Origin: Paenibacillus xylanexedens
Lineage (GTDB): Bacteria; Bacillota; Bacilli; Paenibacillales; Paenibacillaceae
Assembly: GCF_017874615.1 (NCBI RefSeq)
Contig: NZ_JAGIKV010000015.1
Coordinates: forward strand, 63,890-87,889
DNA length: 24,000 bases
Reading direction: 5' to 3'
Part shown: one piece after another, positions 23,048 to 24,000 of the stretch
Numbering within the stretch: position 1 is the first letter of the stretch
How the letters are laid out: every line of letters begins with the position of its first letter
The notes under the pieces: generated by a model
Seen by the model: only the letters and a program-made list of their open reading frames with translations
Databases searched by the model: none
Told to the model about the DNA's origin: nothing
Program-made: the position numbers and the translations under genes

Positions 23048-24000
23048 ATGAAATTAGCCATTATTGCAGATGATTTGACCGGTGCCAATGACAGCGGGGT
23101 GCAGCTTGCCCGTCATGGCTTGAAGACCAGTGTTCTTTTTAATATAGATGAAGGCCCTCTTACACGTTACGATGCCGTCGTCTTTGATACAGATAGTCGT
23201 TCCATATCTTCGCAGGAAGCGTATGACCGTGTATATCAGGCTGCTGAATTGCTGACGAACAACGGATTTGAGACGATTTTCAAAAAAATGGACTCCACCA
23301 TGCGCGGTAATATCGGCATCGAGATTGATGCTGTATATGATGTCGTAAAGCCGGACTTTATGATGATTGCCCCGGGTTATCCCAAAAATAACCGGACGAT
23401 ATTGGAAGGAATCCACTACCTGAACGGCGTTCCGCTGGCAGATACTGAAATTGCCCATGATCCGAAGACACCTGTAACGATTTCCTACCTTCCGGACTTG
23501 TTGAAACAACAGACCAAGTACGAAGTTGGCGAAATCACCGTCGCCGATCTGGAAGCCGGGCAGAATCATATTCGCACCAAGCTAGAGCAGTTGAAAACAA
23601 ATAATATCCCGTATGTAATGGTGGACTCCACCGAAGAAAGACATCTGGAACTGATTCTGCAGATGACTCGCGAGTTGGAGTATACCTTTACTTGGGCAGG
23701 TTCGGCGGGCATTGCCAATTACCTCCCCGCACATTACGAGTTGGAATCCAGAGCTGCGTCACTTGATATCCCGGAGAATTCCGGTCCAATTCTAACGGTG
23801 GTTGGCAGCGTGAACAAAAACTCCCGCGAGCAGCTGCATCGCTTGATGCGTAAGTCCCGCGTTGCTTCAGTCTCCTTCCATTCCTTCAAAGCGGTATCCG
23901 CAACCGCAGACCGCGCGGAAGAGATGGAACGTGTCTATAACGAGGTCCGAGACAAAGCGCTGGAAGGACAAGATGTTGTCCTCTACTCCACCGCTGAACA
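23048..24000 (+). CDS. four-carbon acid sugar kinase (DUF1537; YgbK/OtnK/DtnK family), 3'-truncated by the window edge
   Basis: Absent from the track because it is truncated. Translation from ATG 23048 gives MKLAIIADDLTGANDSGVQLARHGLKTSVLF...FDTDSRS...FKKMDSTMRGNIG..., the hallmark N-terminal domain of DUF1537 kinases. AAGGAGGG RBS. Confidence 0.88.
   Translation, partial: MKLAIIADDLTGANDSGVQLARHGLKTSVLFNIDEGPLTRYDAVVFDTDSRSISSQEAYDRVYQAAELLTNNGFETIFKKMDSTMRGNIGIEIDAVYDVVKPDFMMIAPGYPKNNRTILEGIHYLNGVPLADTEIAHDPKTPVTISYLPDLLKQQTKYEVGEITVADLEAGQNHIRTKLEQLKTNNIPYVMVDSTEERHLELILQMTRELEYTFTWAGSAGIANYLPAHYELESRAASLDIPENSGPILTVVGSVNKNSREQLHRLMRKSRVASVSFHSFKAVSATADRAEEMERVYNEVRDKALEGQDVVLYSTAE

Noticed and set aside
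23054-23569. 171-aa minus-strand ORF
   Set aside because: It is antisense to the DUF1537 kinase gene. The plus-strand frame starting at 23048 carries the hallmark ADDLTGAND and MDSTMRGN motifs.

Overview
This 24-kb window reads like a Paenibacillus/Bacillales-type chromosome segment. That is inferred from the protein families and about 50% GC; no database search was possible. Positions 1-11466 carry minus-strand glycan-utilisation genes: two GH29 fucosidases, a GH35 beta-galactosidase, a domain-permuted GH3, CutC, a Gfo/Idh/MocA oxidoreductase and a TIM-barrel sugar-phosphate isomerase. The spacers between these genes hold several families of palindromic or tandem repeats. Positions 11467-12938 form an AT-rich islet with no mobility genes, and this is the most interesting candidate. 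It contains a strong sigmaA-type promoter, two ~120-bp tandem repeat units, a modest intrinsic terminator, a 225-aa orphan protein and a strong terminator. The differences between the two repeat units are compensatory for a hairpin and a loop-to-downstream pseudoknot. This layout copies type III toxin-antitoxin loci (ToxIN-like), but the repeat unit is far larger and the protein is unrelated. Positions 12939-24000 carry ltrA, then a MhqA-like ring-cleaving dioxygenase gene and a DUF896/YnzC-like gene that share an 18-bp palindrome with MhqR-box geometry. These are followed by a pspA-ydjG-ydjH-ydjI-like envelope-stress operon with a sigmaW-type promoter. The window ends with an acid-sugar locus: a PrpR_N-type regulator with a degenerate AAA+ module, a KdgT-family permease and a DUF1537 four-carbon acid-sugar kinase (truncated at the window edge). 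All family calls rest on motifs recognised by eye in the supplied translations.
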